A DNA stretch of 55,054 nt from Meyerozyma guilliermondii (lineage: Eukaryota), in assembly GCA_051546255.1 (NCBI GenBank), contig CP128818.1:1302001-1357054 (forward strand), written 5' to 3'. The translations under genes and the position numbers were made by a program. The notes beneath the pieces were generated by a model. That model had not been told where the DNA came from and did not search any database. It saw only the letters and a program-made list of their open reading frames with translations. Of the stretch, positions 31,263 through 41,461 are shown in pieces (position 1 is the stretch's first letter; each line of letters opens with the position of its first letter).

Positions 31263-32870
31263 TTAAACTTTCTCAACATGGTCAAGCAGAGGTTTGTTAT
31301 CTGGTACGAAAGTCTCTTCGCCTACCATTTCCACCTTTGTCTTGTACATTTTGAACTTTCTTTGAGGCACTCTGCAGAAGTACATCTCGTCAATCTCATC
31401 CAAACTTCGTCCAGCAGTTTCTGGAACATAGAAGTAGAAGAAAATCCAAAACAAAATTCCACAACCGGCAAAGATGAACATGGTACTTGAACCCAAGTTT
31501 CCTTCGTCCGGGTTGAAAATGTACGGAATGATAAACAGCCATAACATGTTTCCCAAAAGATTGCAAGTCATCGAGATTGCAAAAGTCTTGGTCCGCAATG
31601 CACTTGTAGGATTTTCCATGGAAATTGGATAGCAAACGCATCCCAAACCCAAGTTGTACCAGAAGCCGTACATCATCATGAAAGCAATGGTGGTATTAAG
31701 TGAGTTCTTCTGTTTGTCAAGACCAGTTCCTCCAATGATAAAGTTGACAATGTTGAGAGCTGCGACTCCCCAAAGTATGGTTGTACGACGACCAATTCGA
31801 TCTACCACAAACAAAGCAGCGATACAGCCGGCAACAGATTGAACTTGAGCTCCAATTGTGAACTTAAAAGACTTTGACTCAGAAAATCCGGCTAGCTGAA
31901 ACCAATAAGCTGTGTAATTGATTGTGAATGCTACACCCGAAAATGGCTGAAACAAAAATGGCACCGCTGCAACCAAAGTTCTCTTTCTGTTAATTCCTTT
32001 GAAGCAATCGAGATATGTGTAACCTTGTTGCACTGCTTCTGCTTCCTTGATAGTAGTTTGAACCACCAAGACCTGTTTTTTTGCGTCCTCTTCGCTTCCC
32101 AAGATTTTTTTGTAGCAATTTTCTGCCTTTTCCGGTTGTTCTTTGATGATATGATAGACGGGAGACTCTGGAACAAACAAAACCAACACTAAAGCAACGG
32201 CAGCAAGGCCCCATTGAGAAGCGAACATGGATCTGTATGCCCATTTTGTAGTGTTATTAGCTTGCGAATAGTTGATAATGAAACAGACCAAAGGACCAAT
32301 GGAGTATGATATGTTACACAACGTAGTAGCAAAGCCCCTCAATGGCAAAGGTGTGACATCGGCGACGTATCCAGCTGCTGAAACCTGAAGTGTTCCAAGA
32401 CAAATTGCGATCAAAGTTTTCGAGGCAAGAAATGTTTGCACGGTGGTGGAGGAAAATTGAAAACCAACCAACCCGGCGCCAACTGCAATTGCACCAAATA
32501 TCACCCATTTTTTACCAACTCTGTCGGCAAGAAACGAGGCCAAGTTCTGCCCCACCATCTGAGCAACCAAGGGTACACCAAGAAATGCCGACTGCCATTT
32601 GGCTTCGATTGCATAAGTTCCATCTGAAAGCTGTACTCCAAAATCCTCTCTGAATTTGGCAATGGAGATCACAATTCCACCTGCCTGTGACTCAAAAGAT
32701 GTCAATATAAGCGCAAAAACCATAGTGGAGATGCAGTAAACTGCATCAGGATATTTTTTCACCGTCTGCCATTTCGTTCTCTTTCGCTCGGTATACTCCA
32801 GTGCCAACACTTCCTTCACCAAGTCGTCGGATTCCTCTTGCTCAACAATATTGATACTCTTTTGGGACAT
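31263..32870 (-). CDS. MFS alpha-glucoside/maltose permease-like sugar transporter
   Basis: FREDFG, WQSAF, ADRVGKK, VTPLPLRG, PESPVY, YLDCFKGINRKRT, DRIGRR, LRTKT, PETAGRSLDEIDE. Confidence 0.92.
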   Translation of the reverse strand: MSQKSINIVEQEESDDLVKEVLALEYTERKRTKWQTVKKYPDAVYCISTMVFALILTSFESQAGGIVISIAKFREDFGVQLSDGTYAIEAKWQSAFLGVPLVAQMVGQNLASFLADRVGKKWVIFGAIAVGAGLVGFQFSSTTVQTFLASKTLIAICLGTLQVSAAGYVADVTPLPLRGFATTLCNISYSIGPLVCFIINYSQANNTTKWAYRSMFASQWGLAAVALVLVLFVPESPVYHIIKEQPEKAENCYKKILGSEEDAKKQVLVVQTTIKEAEAVQQGYTYLDCFKGINRKRTLVAAVPFLFQPFSGVAFTINYTAYWFQLAGFSESKSFKFTIGAQVQSVAGCIAALFVVDRIGRRTTILWGVAALNIVNFIIGGTGLDKQKNSLNTTIAFMMMYGFWYNLGLGCVCYPISMENPTSALRTKTFAISMTCNLLGNMLWLFIIPYIFNPDEGNLGSSTMFIFAGCGILFWIFFYFYVPETAGRSLDEIDEMYFCRVPQRKFKMYKTKVEMVGEETFVPDNKPLLDHVEKV

Positions 32871-33090
32871 GCTGTCTTTGTTGAAATGCACATTTTCAGC
32901 ACAATATATAATGACATTTCACCCCAGATCTCATTGCCGCAAAATGCGGGGCATTTACGAGAATTGGCGTCCATCGGTGAGGGGCAGTAGCGGCTAATTT
33001 TTTGCGGCTAATTCGATGCGCGTAATATCGGAATCGTTTCATCTTCCCCGAATCGGTCTATAATAAGGGGGAGATCCTTCGTAGTTGCTA

Positions 33091-34596
33091 ATGCAATTAT
33101 TTCCCGCGCTCTTATGGGCACTACTTTGGCAATTGACCTCCGCGTTGGTACCCAAGAAAGATGTCAAGCCAAATGTGTTTGTTTTTACCGATATCAGTAA
33201 TGAGCCCGATGATGCAGAGTCTCTCGTTCGTCTCTTATTGTACTCCAACGAAGTCTCCATTAAAGGAATTGTCGCAACGACATCGTACTGGCTCAATTAT
33301 ACCGTCCATGACGAAGATATTTACCCCATTCTTGACGCATACGAGAAGGTGTGGCCCAATTTGTTGAAGCACTCAAAAGATTATCCCACGGCGGATTCTT
33401 TACGGGAGCTCGTTAGTACTGGGTACAAGGCATATGGACTTGACGCTTTTCAAGCGGGCGAGCCGAGTTCGGGAGCCAAAAAATTGATATCTGCCATGAG
33501 TGAGATTCCGCAAAATGAAAAATTGGATATTCTTATGTGGGGAGGAGCTGGTGTTCTTGCTGAAGCTCTCAAATACTCTTCTGTCGAGCTCATTGATTCT
33601 GTCAGTGAAAAACTTCGAGTTTATTCGATTTCGGACCAGGACGATGCCGGGCCGTGGATCAGGACCAATTTTCCAAAAATTCAATACATCTCATCTCTGC
33701 ATGGTTTTAACCAATATAGTCTTTCAACATGGGTGGGGATTTCTGGCGAACAGTACAACTTTTTTGATAAAGGTGGACCAGACAGCGACTTGGTATCCAA
33801 AGAGTGGCTTAAATCCAATATCATGAGTGTGGGACCTCTTGGAAAAGTGTATCCGGAACCAATGTTCATCATGGAGGGTGACACACCTTCCACACTTTTT
33901 GTTCTTCCAAATGGCCTCAACTATCCAGATAGTCCCAATTATGGAGGCTGGGGTGGTCGCTATGTTTTGGTGGACAATACTGGAAGATCTAGACATTATT
34001 CTGATGCCATCGACTATGCTTTGGGAAAAGATAACGAGACACATGTAAGTAACCAAGCTACAATTTGGCGCTGGAGAGCTGCCTATCAGAACGACTTTGC
34101 GGCAAGAATGCAATGGACTGTGAAGGACTTTAAAAGTGCTGTGCATGAGCCTATAATTATCGTCAATGGGTCTCTGACTTATGAGCCGTCCATTATAGAA
34201 GCTGCTGTCGATTCCAAAATCACAATAGATGCAAGCAAAAGCTATGATTTGAACAGCAGACTTTTTACTTTCAAATGGTTTCATTACCGGGAAATTAGTT
34301 TGACTCAAGCTAACATCTTGGAAGTTCCAGAAATACCAATAACCAAAGAAAATGAAATTGGTTCAAAAGTTTCTTTCAAGGTTCCCACCTTTAAGGAAGC
34401 ATGTCACAGTATCTTTGGTCGTCCTCTCCAAAATTGCAAAGAGTACCATATAGTGTTGGAGGTTACTAATGATGGGACCCCTTCCATGTCTTCGTATAGA
34501 CGGTTCATCATAAAGACAAACCAAGGTGAAAATGAGTTTGAGGAAGTGGAGTTGGCACAGAACTTTTTCAACGCTCCAGATCATGATGAACTTTGA
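33091..34596 (+). CDS. DUF1593 (nucleoside-hydrolase-like) protein with signal peptide and C-terminal HDEL
   Basis: Hydrophobic leader MQLFPALLWALLWQLTSA; TDISNEPDDAESLVRLLLYSNE, SISDQDDAG, MEGDTPS, GGWGGRY, WRAAYQNDFAARMQWT; ends DHDEL. Confidence 0.88.
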   Translation: MQLFPALLWALLWQLTSALVPKKDVKPNVFVFTDISNEPDDAESLVRLLLYSNEVSIKGIVATTSYWLNYTVHDEDIYPILDAYEKVWPNLLKHSKDYPTADSLRELVSTGYKAYGLDAFQAGEPSSGAKKLISAMSEIPQNEKLDILMWGGAGVLAEALKYSSVELIDSVSEKLRVYSISDQDDAGPWIRTNFPKIQYISSLHGFNQYSLSTWVGISGEQYNFFDKGGPDSDLVSKEWLKSNIMSVGPLGKVYPEPMFIMEGDTPSTLFVLPNGLNYPDSPNYGGWGGRYVLVDNTGRSRHYSDAIDYALGKDNETHVSNQATIWRWRAAYQNDFAARMQWTVKDFKSAVHEPIIIVNGSLTYEPSIIEAAVDSKITIDASKSYDLNSRLFTFKWFHYREISLTQANILEVPEIPITKENEIGSKVSFKVPTFKEACHSIFGRPLQNCKEYHIVLEVTNDGTPSMSSYRRFIIKTNQGENEFEEVELAQNFFNAPDHDEL

Positions 34597-35288
34597 TGGA
34601 GAATATAAAATGAAGAGTTAGAGCTGATGTCGGGTTGACAGTCATAGTCACCACGAGTTATCTGTACTTACAAAAGATGAAGTTAGAAAATATGAAGTTA
34701 TAAATCATGAGATTACAAAAGTTACGAAAGATACCACGAGGAAGTAAGTAGCTGATTGAACAGCCTTTTATCAATCAACGTTAACATCACAGAGAAAGAA
34801 CGAAGTAATCGTAGCTAGTATACGGTCCAGAATATGACTCATATGCAGTCCCCAAAGCTGCAACTACAAGGAAAGTACGGTGTGCTTTACATCGATTGAT
34901 CATCAATGTGAACCGATATTGTTTGAAGCATTAATGAAGACTTTAGAGGTTGTATTTCAAGTCTAGACTGAATTACCCCTTTTCACTTTTTCCAAATGTG
35001 GTATCATTTGCAAAAATGTACCCTTTTGCAAGATTCTTCCAAATCTCAAATTAAAATCTGGATGAAACTATATAACACATGATCTGTATCAGCGCTAACT
35101 CTTTCACTCAAAACAAATATGCATCTCAAACTACACAATTTCACGCTCCGGGTACGGTCCTTAAAAATGGAAATCTGATCCGAGTCAACTTTTCGCACAC
35201 TTGTGCAGATTCCAACTTTCGCAACTTTCTTATCTACTACAGTCGGCCCCAAAAATTTAGCTTCGAACAATTCTGATAACTTTGTTTC

Positions 35289-37463
35289 ATGGCACACAGC
35301 GAGCTCAAAGTCTTATTCCACAAAACAAGAAATCGTAGACCGTGCGATTGGTGCAGAAAGAGGAAACAGTCATGTAAATATTCAGGTGTGTCTTGCGAAC
35401 GCTGTATAAAAATGAACCGCAAGTGTATTATTCAAGGGGAAGAAAGGATCAGAAGATACGGAGCCCGTCAAGTTAAAAATTCTTCAAAAAAAGCAGGTAA
35501 TCTGGATAATTTTACAGAATCTGAGCCTGTACTTGTGTCTGACAGGCAGACTTGCAACGAAGAAGAACTGGCAGATTCACCGTCATTGAGATCAATTGGA
35601 ACCATTGATAATCAACTATCGTCATCAGGAATTAAATGGTGTATTGATAACTTGAATTCCATACAGACATTATCGGAATCCAATTTCTATTCTCTTTTCA
35701 ACGATAAGCCAGGATCACTTCAGGTTGCCGAATTGACCCCAAATGACACCTATAGCCAAACAAGCTTACCTAGCTTCAGCGAAACTCCCAAAGCTATTAC
35801 CCTTGAAGAGTCTCAAGCCTTAGTTTCACAATTTGCTGAGTCCTATGGAGCAAGCCTTCTAAAGACCTTTTTCACTTACTTAAACCCTTTTCTCCCGGTG
35901 ATATCTGGAGACCAATTTCACTTTATGATCAACCATACCATTCACGAGAACATTCAAAAGTACGGATTTACGTTACTTGGCTCTATCTTCCTCAATTCTT
36001 TGCGATGCTGGGACAGAAATGATGAGTTGATGTTGAGCCCAAGTCCGGATCCCCAACCTCTCGCAAATGCTTGCTTTAAACTACTTATGAATGAATTTGA
36101 AACTGCCACCAACAATGAAGAGTCTAATATGAAATCTCTTCAAAGTTGCTTGCTACAATTGCCCCAAATAATATCAAGAATCAACTCGATTAATGATACG
36201 GTGAGCATTGTTCCTGCTACTAAAATATTAAGCATTGCCACTTTTCTAGTGAACAGATTGGGTTTGAATGTATCTAGGTTCAAGGACGATCTCAATAGCA
36301 GTTTCAGAAATAACTCAGATATTATTGCTCGAAATAATTTGTGGTGGGCTTATTATGTTGAGGAGAAATGGTTCTCGTTTTTGACAGTAAGAACAAGTAC
36401 TATAAACGAAGGATCGTTTGAGATTCTCAACGAAATAAACTCGTGGCCAAATCTATCATACTTGGTAACAAAGCAGTTTGATAGAAAGGAGTCAAAGGTT
36501 CAATCACCGCTCGAAAAAAGTTTAGAACATATACATTTTGTGTGCTGGTATTATTTCCATGAAATGCTCAAGATAACGGTGATATGTTCAGACATAACTA
36601 CTTATTGGTACTCATTACACGGGAACTTTCATATGATGGAGATGGAAGATTCTTTGAAGACCCTCAATGAAATTCGACTGTCTACAAAAAAGTATTTGGA
36701 AAAAGTCAATGAGTGGTGGAAACTGTTGGACCCAGAATTCAAGAAACACGGGCAGAAGAAAATGATTATACACCCAATTAGTGCAAACTGCAACCTCAGA
36801 ATATTCTATGATTTCGCACGGGTGTCGATATACAAGATATTGATCAAGAAAGTGTCGTTATGCGTGATTGCTTTCGACAAAAGTGAAACGAATCCTGTTC
36901 TTGAAACCAACTTGAATGAGCTCTTGGGAAGTGTACTCCTGGAAATTGCAGAGCTTTACGACGACCACTTGCAATTTGTTACCAGCATGAAACTTCGAGA
37001 TTTGAACTCGTACTGGTACCCGATGATAAACTACCAATTTTGTTACTTTATTCTCTTCTTGACTTTACTGATGAGTGTCTCCGAAATGCGAAGGCAGACA
37101 TATCAAACCAACTTGTTCACAGTTCCTCTTAAGAGGTTACAAAAAGTGCAGTCTGGATATCATGACTTTTTGAAAAACAGATCGGCAGGGTGGGATTTTT
37201 TACTTCTACCACTCTCATTATTGTCCGACGTAGTTCCTTTTAATGACTTTGTTCAAATTAGAGATGCCATAGAAAACTTGAAGGATGGTGGAATAGTTAC
37301 CGCACACGGCATAGAGCACTTGCTTTATCGCAATAACGACCAATGTGAGTCGGAAGACATAGACGATGAATCACAACCTTCCCGAGAAGAGTCTTTGGGG
37401 GTTGCTTCAGACATGCAAACCATGCTTGAAAAAGTGGATCATATTGCTGCGTCTATTCAATAA
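35289..37463 (+). CDS. Zn2Cys6 transcription factor (Dal81/TamA-like)
   Basis: RPCDWCRKRKQSCKYSGVSCERCIKMNRKC; FFTYLNPFLPVI; RNNLWWAYYVEEKW. Confidence 0.9.
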   Translation: MAHSELKVLFHKTRNRRPCDWCRKRKQSCKYSGVSCERCIKMNRKCIIQGEERIRRYGARQVKNSSKKAGNLDNFTESEPVLVSDRQTCNEEELADSPSLRSIGTIDNQLSSSGIKWCIDNLNSIQTLSESNFYSLFNDKPGSLQVAELTPNDTYSQTSLPSFSETPKAITLEESQALVSQFAESYGASLLKTFFTYLNPFLPVISGDQFHFMINHTIHENIQKYGFTLLGSIFLNSLRCWDRNDELMLSPSPDPQPLANACFKLLMNEFETATNNEESNMKSLQSCLLQLPQIISRINSINDTVSIVPATKILSIATFLVNRLGLNVSRFKDDLNSSFRNNSDIIARNNLWWAYYVEEKWFSFLTVRTSTINEGSFEILNEINSWPNLSYLVTKQFDRKESKVQSPLEKSLEHIHFVCWYYFHEMLKITVICSDITTYWYSLHGNFHMMEMEDSLKTLNEIRLSTKKYLEKVNEWWKLLDPEFKKHGQKKMIIHPISANCNLRIFYDFARVSIYKILIKKVSLCVIAFDKSETNPVLETNLNELLGSVLLEIAELYDDHLQFVTSMKLRDLNSYWYPMINYQFCYFILFLTLLMSVSEMRRQTYQTNLFTVPLKRLQKVQSGYHDFLKNRSAGWDFLLLPLSLLSDVVPFNDFVQIRDAIENLKDGGIVTAHGIEHLLYRNNDQCESEDIDDESQPSREESLGVASDMQTMLEKVDHIAASIQ

Positions 37464-37474
37464 CTACTGAAATT

Positions 37475-38713
37475 TTAGTACTTGACTTGAATTTTGTGCT
37501 CCTTTCCAACTTTGGCAAATAAGCCATCATCTTGCAACACCTTGAAGGCCGATAAAGCATTTGACTTAGCTGTGACCAAAGTGGGTGGCATTGCAGTGCT
37601 CAATTGGCCCGCTGACTGAGCGAACACATGAGAATGTTGAGCGCAATTTTCCAACGTTGGAATGCTATAGGCCAAATGAATAGCTGGAACTTCCTGCGAA
37701 ACATTACCGATATCGGAAGACCCATATATGTCCTTCATGATGGAGCTTTCACCGAGCACTTGAGTCTCATTTTTGGCATACTTCTTGGTTGATTCATAGC
37801 ATGCTTCTATCAAACTGGGCACTTGAATCATATCCAAGTAGCAAAAAATCTCCTTCAGCTTCAATGTACATTCAGTAGCAAGAGCAGCAGCATTGCAACA
37901 GTTTTCGACCCGGGAAGCCAAGCTTTCCATCTCTTGTCTGGTCTTGGAACGAAATTGAAATACCACTTTTGCAGATTCTGGAATAACGTTTGCAACAGTA
38001 GGACCATCTTTGAAGAAGCCATGGATACGTTCATGTGGTTTTATTTGTTGTCTTAACAAAGAAACATTGACCCAGGATGCAACACAAGCATCTAAAGCAT
38101 TAACTCCATCCCAAGGAAATGCAGCAGCGTGTGCCGGTTTTCCAGTGAATTCATATTCACGATATGAAGTTGCCAAGAAAACAGAGGGAACCATGATCAT
38201 GTCCAAACCATTGGTGGTGATAGGGTGAGCCATGAAAGAAGCATCTACGTTTTTGTAAGCTCCGCCTTTGAGCAAATGGCATTTTCCACCGAGACTTTCT
38301 TCTGCTGGAGTTCCCAAGAGTTGAACAGAACCAGACATATTGAACTTTTGCAACACTCTTACGAGAACCAAAAAAGCTGCACATGAACCAGCAGCAATCA
38401 AATTGTGACCGCAGCCATGGCCTATACCAGGTAAGGCATCCAATTCAGCATTGAAATTGACCAATCTTCCACCATTTTCGTACAACACCTCAAATGCTGT
38501 ACGAAAGCCATAGGCGTGCCTGGTGACTTTGAACTCGCCAAAAGACTCGAAGTATGTGGCTATCAAATCGTGAGCGAATTTTTCCTCGAATGCAACTTCG
38601 GGATTCTTATACATTTCTCCGGCAATATGCTCAAAATCCTTGGTGTATTTTTCAGTGAAATAGTCAATTGCTTCGATAACTTGCGATTCGATCTCCATTT
38701 TGGATAAGGTCAT
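37475..38713 (-). CDS. M20 family amidohydrolase (PM20D2/ACY1L2-like)
   Basis: NPEVAFEE, AELDALPGIGHGCGHNLI, GTPAEE, MAHP, GKPAHAAAFPWDGVNALDA, GSSDIGNVS. Confidence 0.92.
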   Translation of the reverse strand: MTLSKMEIESQVIEAIDYFTEKYTKDFEHIAGEMYKNPEVAFEEKFAHDLIATYFESFGEFKVTRHAYGFRTAFEVLYENGGRLVNFNAELDALPGIGHGCGHNLIAAGSCAAFLVLVRVLQKFNMSGSVQLLGTPAEESLGGKCHLLKGGAYKNVDASFMAHPITTNGLDMIMVPSVFLATSYREYEFTGKPAHAAAFPWDGVNALDACVASWVNVSLLRQQIKPHERIHGFFKDGPTVANVIPESAKVVFQFRSKTRQEMESLASRVENCCNAAALATECTLKLKEIFCYLDMIQVPSLIEACYESTKKYAKNETQVLGESSIMKDIYGSSDIGNVSQEVPAIHLAYSIPTLENCAQHSHVFAQSAGQLSTAMPPTLVTAKSNALSAFKVLQDDGLFAKVGKEHKIQVKY

Positions 38714-39190
38714 GATAATGGTCGAAATCCATTGACCATATTTATACTAGGTGGATTGAAAGGTATGAGGCATTGGCTGTCGGCATATCCGTTTCGGGAA
38801 ATGGCGAGTTCGCGATAGCGATAACAGATTTCGCAGCCACTTAAGCATCTCTAAAGCCTTGTTTCTGGGCTTGAAAGAAGAGACACCATATGAAGAAAGC
38901 GGTATACTAACCGCATATACTATTCGAATTCTATGCTGTCAGTTTGACCTCAAGATCATAAAAGATCTAGTGAACACTCATTGCTAATCGTCGGTCCCCC
39001 ACATCGGCAAGTGCGGCGCAAAATCCTTATCAATCTTTGAACTTTTTTACAAATCGTTAAAAGGATCATGGGCACCAAGATGTGAATTCCGAGTCAGAAA
39101 TCACTTCATAAGGCCTTATCAGCATCACGGCCTAGTTTGCTACTTATAGAGGCTATGGAACCCATCACTTTTCAAGAGCTGCGTTCAACA

Positions 39191-40753
39191 ATGAGTAAAG
39201 AACAAGAAGTCAAATTGACAGGAAAGTATGACGAAGTCAGTATTGCCGATGGAGATGTTATTACTTCTGTCAAGTCTCCTTCAGGAAAGGAAGTTGTGGT
39301 CAAGGGTAATGACATTGACATTGCTATGAATTTGGCTATGCAATTGGACTCCCAAGACTTAGATCCTCGAGAGGATAGAAAGTTGTTTTGGAAAGCGAGT
39401 TTATACATCCTTCCGTTGATCTGTTTGTTATATGCTGTTCAATTCATGGATAAAATCACCAATAGTGGAGCTTCGATCATGGGGTTGAGGACGGATATGA
39501 AAATGGTTGGAGATCAGTATTCTTGGACAGGATCTGCATTCTACTTGGGATACCTTTTCTTTGAATTTCCTGCTTCCTATATTATCCAACGGTATTCTAT
39601 TTCGAGATGTGGAGGTATTTTCTTCTTTTTATGGGGCACGGTTTTGTGCTTATGTGCTGCCACGAATTATGCTGGATTCATCTTCTTAAGAGTTGTTTTG
39701 GGAATGCTTGAATCTTCAGTTACCCCCATATTGATGATCATTACTTCTCAATGGTACAAATTGTCTGAACAGTTCATGCTCTCTGCGATTTGGTTTTCTT
39801 TCTGTGGTGTTGGTGGAGTACTTGGAGGAGCCATCAGTTTGGGCATGGTTATTCATAACGAGCTGTACTCAATAGCAGGCTGGAAGTTATTGTTTATTGT
39901 TACTGGACTCATGACGGTGTTTCTCTCTGTGGTGTTTTACTTTTGGATTCCAGATTCGCCAGCTGATGCTTGGTTTCTATCCGAAGAAGAGAAAATTCAT
40001 GCTGTCAAGAGAATAAGGAAAAATCAGCAAGGATTTGGAAACAAACATTTCAAGAGGCATCAATTTATCGAGGCTTTCACAGACCACAGAACTTACATTT
40101 ACTTCTTCTTCGGTCTTGCAATCTCTATACCTAATGGAGGTTTGACTACGTTTGGAAGTATTGTGATGAACTCAATTCTTGGTTATTCTGTGAAGCAATC
40201 GCTAACTTATAATATCTACCAGGGATTGATAGAGGTATTTGGGTGCATCATCGTTGCATCTATGATCAAATTTGTGAAGCATCGTATGATCGTTTGCATC
40301 TTTGGGTGCATGCTCAATTTGGTGTTTTCCGGGATGCTTGCGTTTGCTAAAGATCTTCACGTTCGTTTGGGAGGATGCTTGTGCTTGGGAATGTCGGTAA
40401 TTGGAATGTTTACTATGCTTTCCAACTTTTCTTCGAATGTGGCTGGCCACACAAAGAAGGTTACAGTCAATGCAATGTTCCTTGTCGCTTATGGAGCCGG
40501 CAATATTATTGGACCTCAGACTTTCATTGAAAGCCAAGCACCGCAATACGTTGGAGGCCAGATTGGAATGGTCGTAAGTTATGCAGTGACGTTGGTTTTA
40601 GCCATTGCTCTTTACATTTCCTACATCATGGAGAACAGAAAGAGAGACAGAATGGTCAGAAGTGGAGAAATTGAATCGGCGAATCCCGGCAGCAATGTCG
40701 CATTCGCAGACTTGACAGATAAAGAGAACCCTTACTTTAGGTATTCGCTTTGA
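39191..40753 (+). CDS. MFS allantoate/dipeptide permease (Dal5/ACS family; alternative start 39155)
   Basis: QFMDK, FYLGYLFFEFP, PDSPADAWFLS, RIRKNQQGFGNK, SNVAGHTKK, GNIIGPQTF, FADLTDKENPYFRYSL. Confidence 0.93.
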   Translation: MSKEQEVKLTGKYDEVSIADGDVITSVKSPSGKEVVVKGNDIDIAMNLAMQLDSQDLDPREDRKLFWKASLYILPLICLLYAVQFMDKITNSGASIMGLRTDMKMVGDQYSWTGSAFYLGYLFFEFPASYIIQRYSISRCGGIFFFLWGTVLCLCAATNYAGFIFLRVVLGMLESSVTPILMIITSQWYKLSEQFMLSAIWFSFCGVGGVLGGAISLGMVIHNELYSIAGWKLLFIVTGLMTVFLSVVFYFWIPDSPADAWFLSEEEKIHAVKRIRKNQQGFGNKHFKRHQFIEAFTDHRTYIYFFFGLAISIPNGGLTTFGSIVMNSILGYSVKQSLTYNIYQGLIEVFGCIIVASMIKFVKHRMIVCIFGCMLNLVFSGMLAFAKDLHVRLGGCLCLGMSVIGMFTMLSNFSSNVAGHTKKVTVNAMFLVAYGAGNIIGPQTFIESQAPQYVGGQIGMVVSYAVTLVLAIALYISYIMENRKRDRMVRSGEIESANPGSNVAFADLTDKENPYFRYSL

Positions 40754-41183
40754 GTTGTACGGTATATTGCAATTATATGAGAATGCCGAAATCGGCTTAA
40801 TGACATTTCGTATTTTATCTCATTAGGCATGTGCAAATTTTATATCGCTACGCATCTATGAGCTTGATGATTGTCCTATTATTCAATATTTTGCCGCTAT
40901 CTGGAAAATACGAGTGATGTGGGGTTTTTACTTCACACTATTTCGTTGAATTCCCGTCTATTTGCAGCCAAGTACCCTGCACGAACCGAACACCCTATTT
41001 CAATTCATTGTTGAAAAGACTTGGAACTGTATGTCCTTTGCTCGTTACTCTGTGTATCGCATGAGCAAGCAGAATTTTCTTGGCAAAGGGTAGCCTACTT
41101 GTGGATGCAGCCCGGGTAATAATGCTATTGGCTGAGGTTTTCTTGGCGCATATAATGACAGGATTTTTTGCGCGCGACACTGA

Positions 41184-41192
41184 TTATCAGAT
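41184..41192 (-). promoter_or_regulatory. Iron-repressor GATA site (Sfu1/SreA-type ATCWGATAA) upstream of siderophore transporter
   Basis: TTATCAGAT on + reads ATCTGATAA on -, ~270 bp upstream of the ARN/SIT ATG. Confidence 0.55.
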
Positions 41193-41461
41193 TGATCAGT
41201 AAATCGTTTTCTGAGTTTTCGTTACGAAAATTGGTTGAAACAATGCACAATTAGCTATGAGTTTCGAGCCTATGGTCTATGAAAGACTCTGTAACTTCCG
41301 ACCCACAACTCTGAAATCAGGTCAGACAACCCAATTCAACTTAAATTTGACCACCTCTTGCTAAGCCAAGAAAAAATAAAAAAACTCAAGAAATCGAGAC
41401 CAAGGTGGACCAATGTGAAAACTATAAGTAGGCATGCTGATCTTTTTCTGGTTTCACCAAT

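Noticed and set aside
34597..35288. AT-rich gap with short GAAGTTA-like repeats as a possible LTR or ncRNA
   Set aside because: No TG...CA boundaries, target-site duplication, second copy or convincing structure seen.
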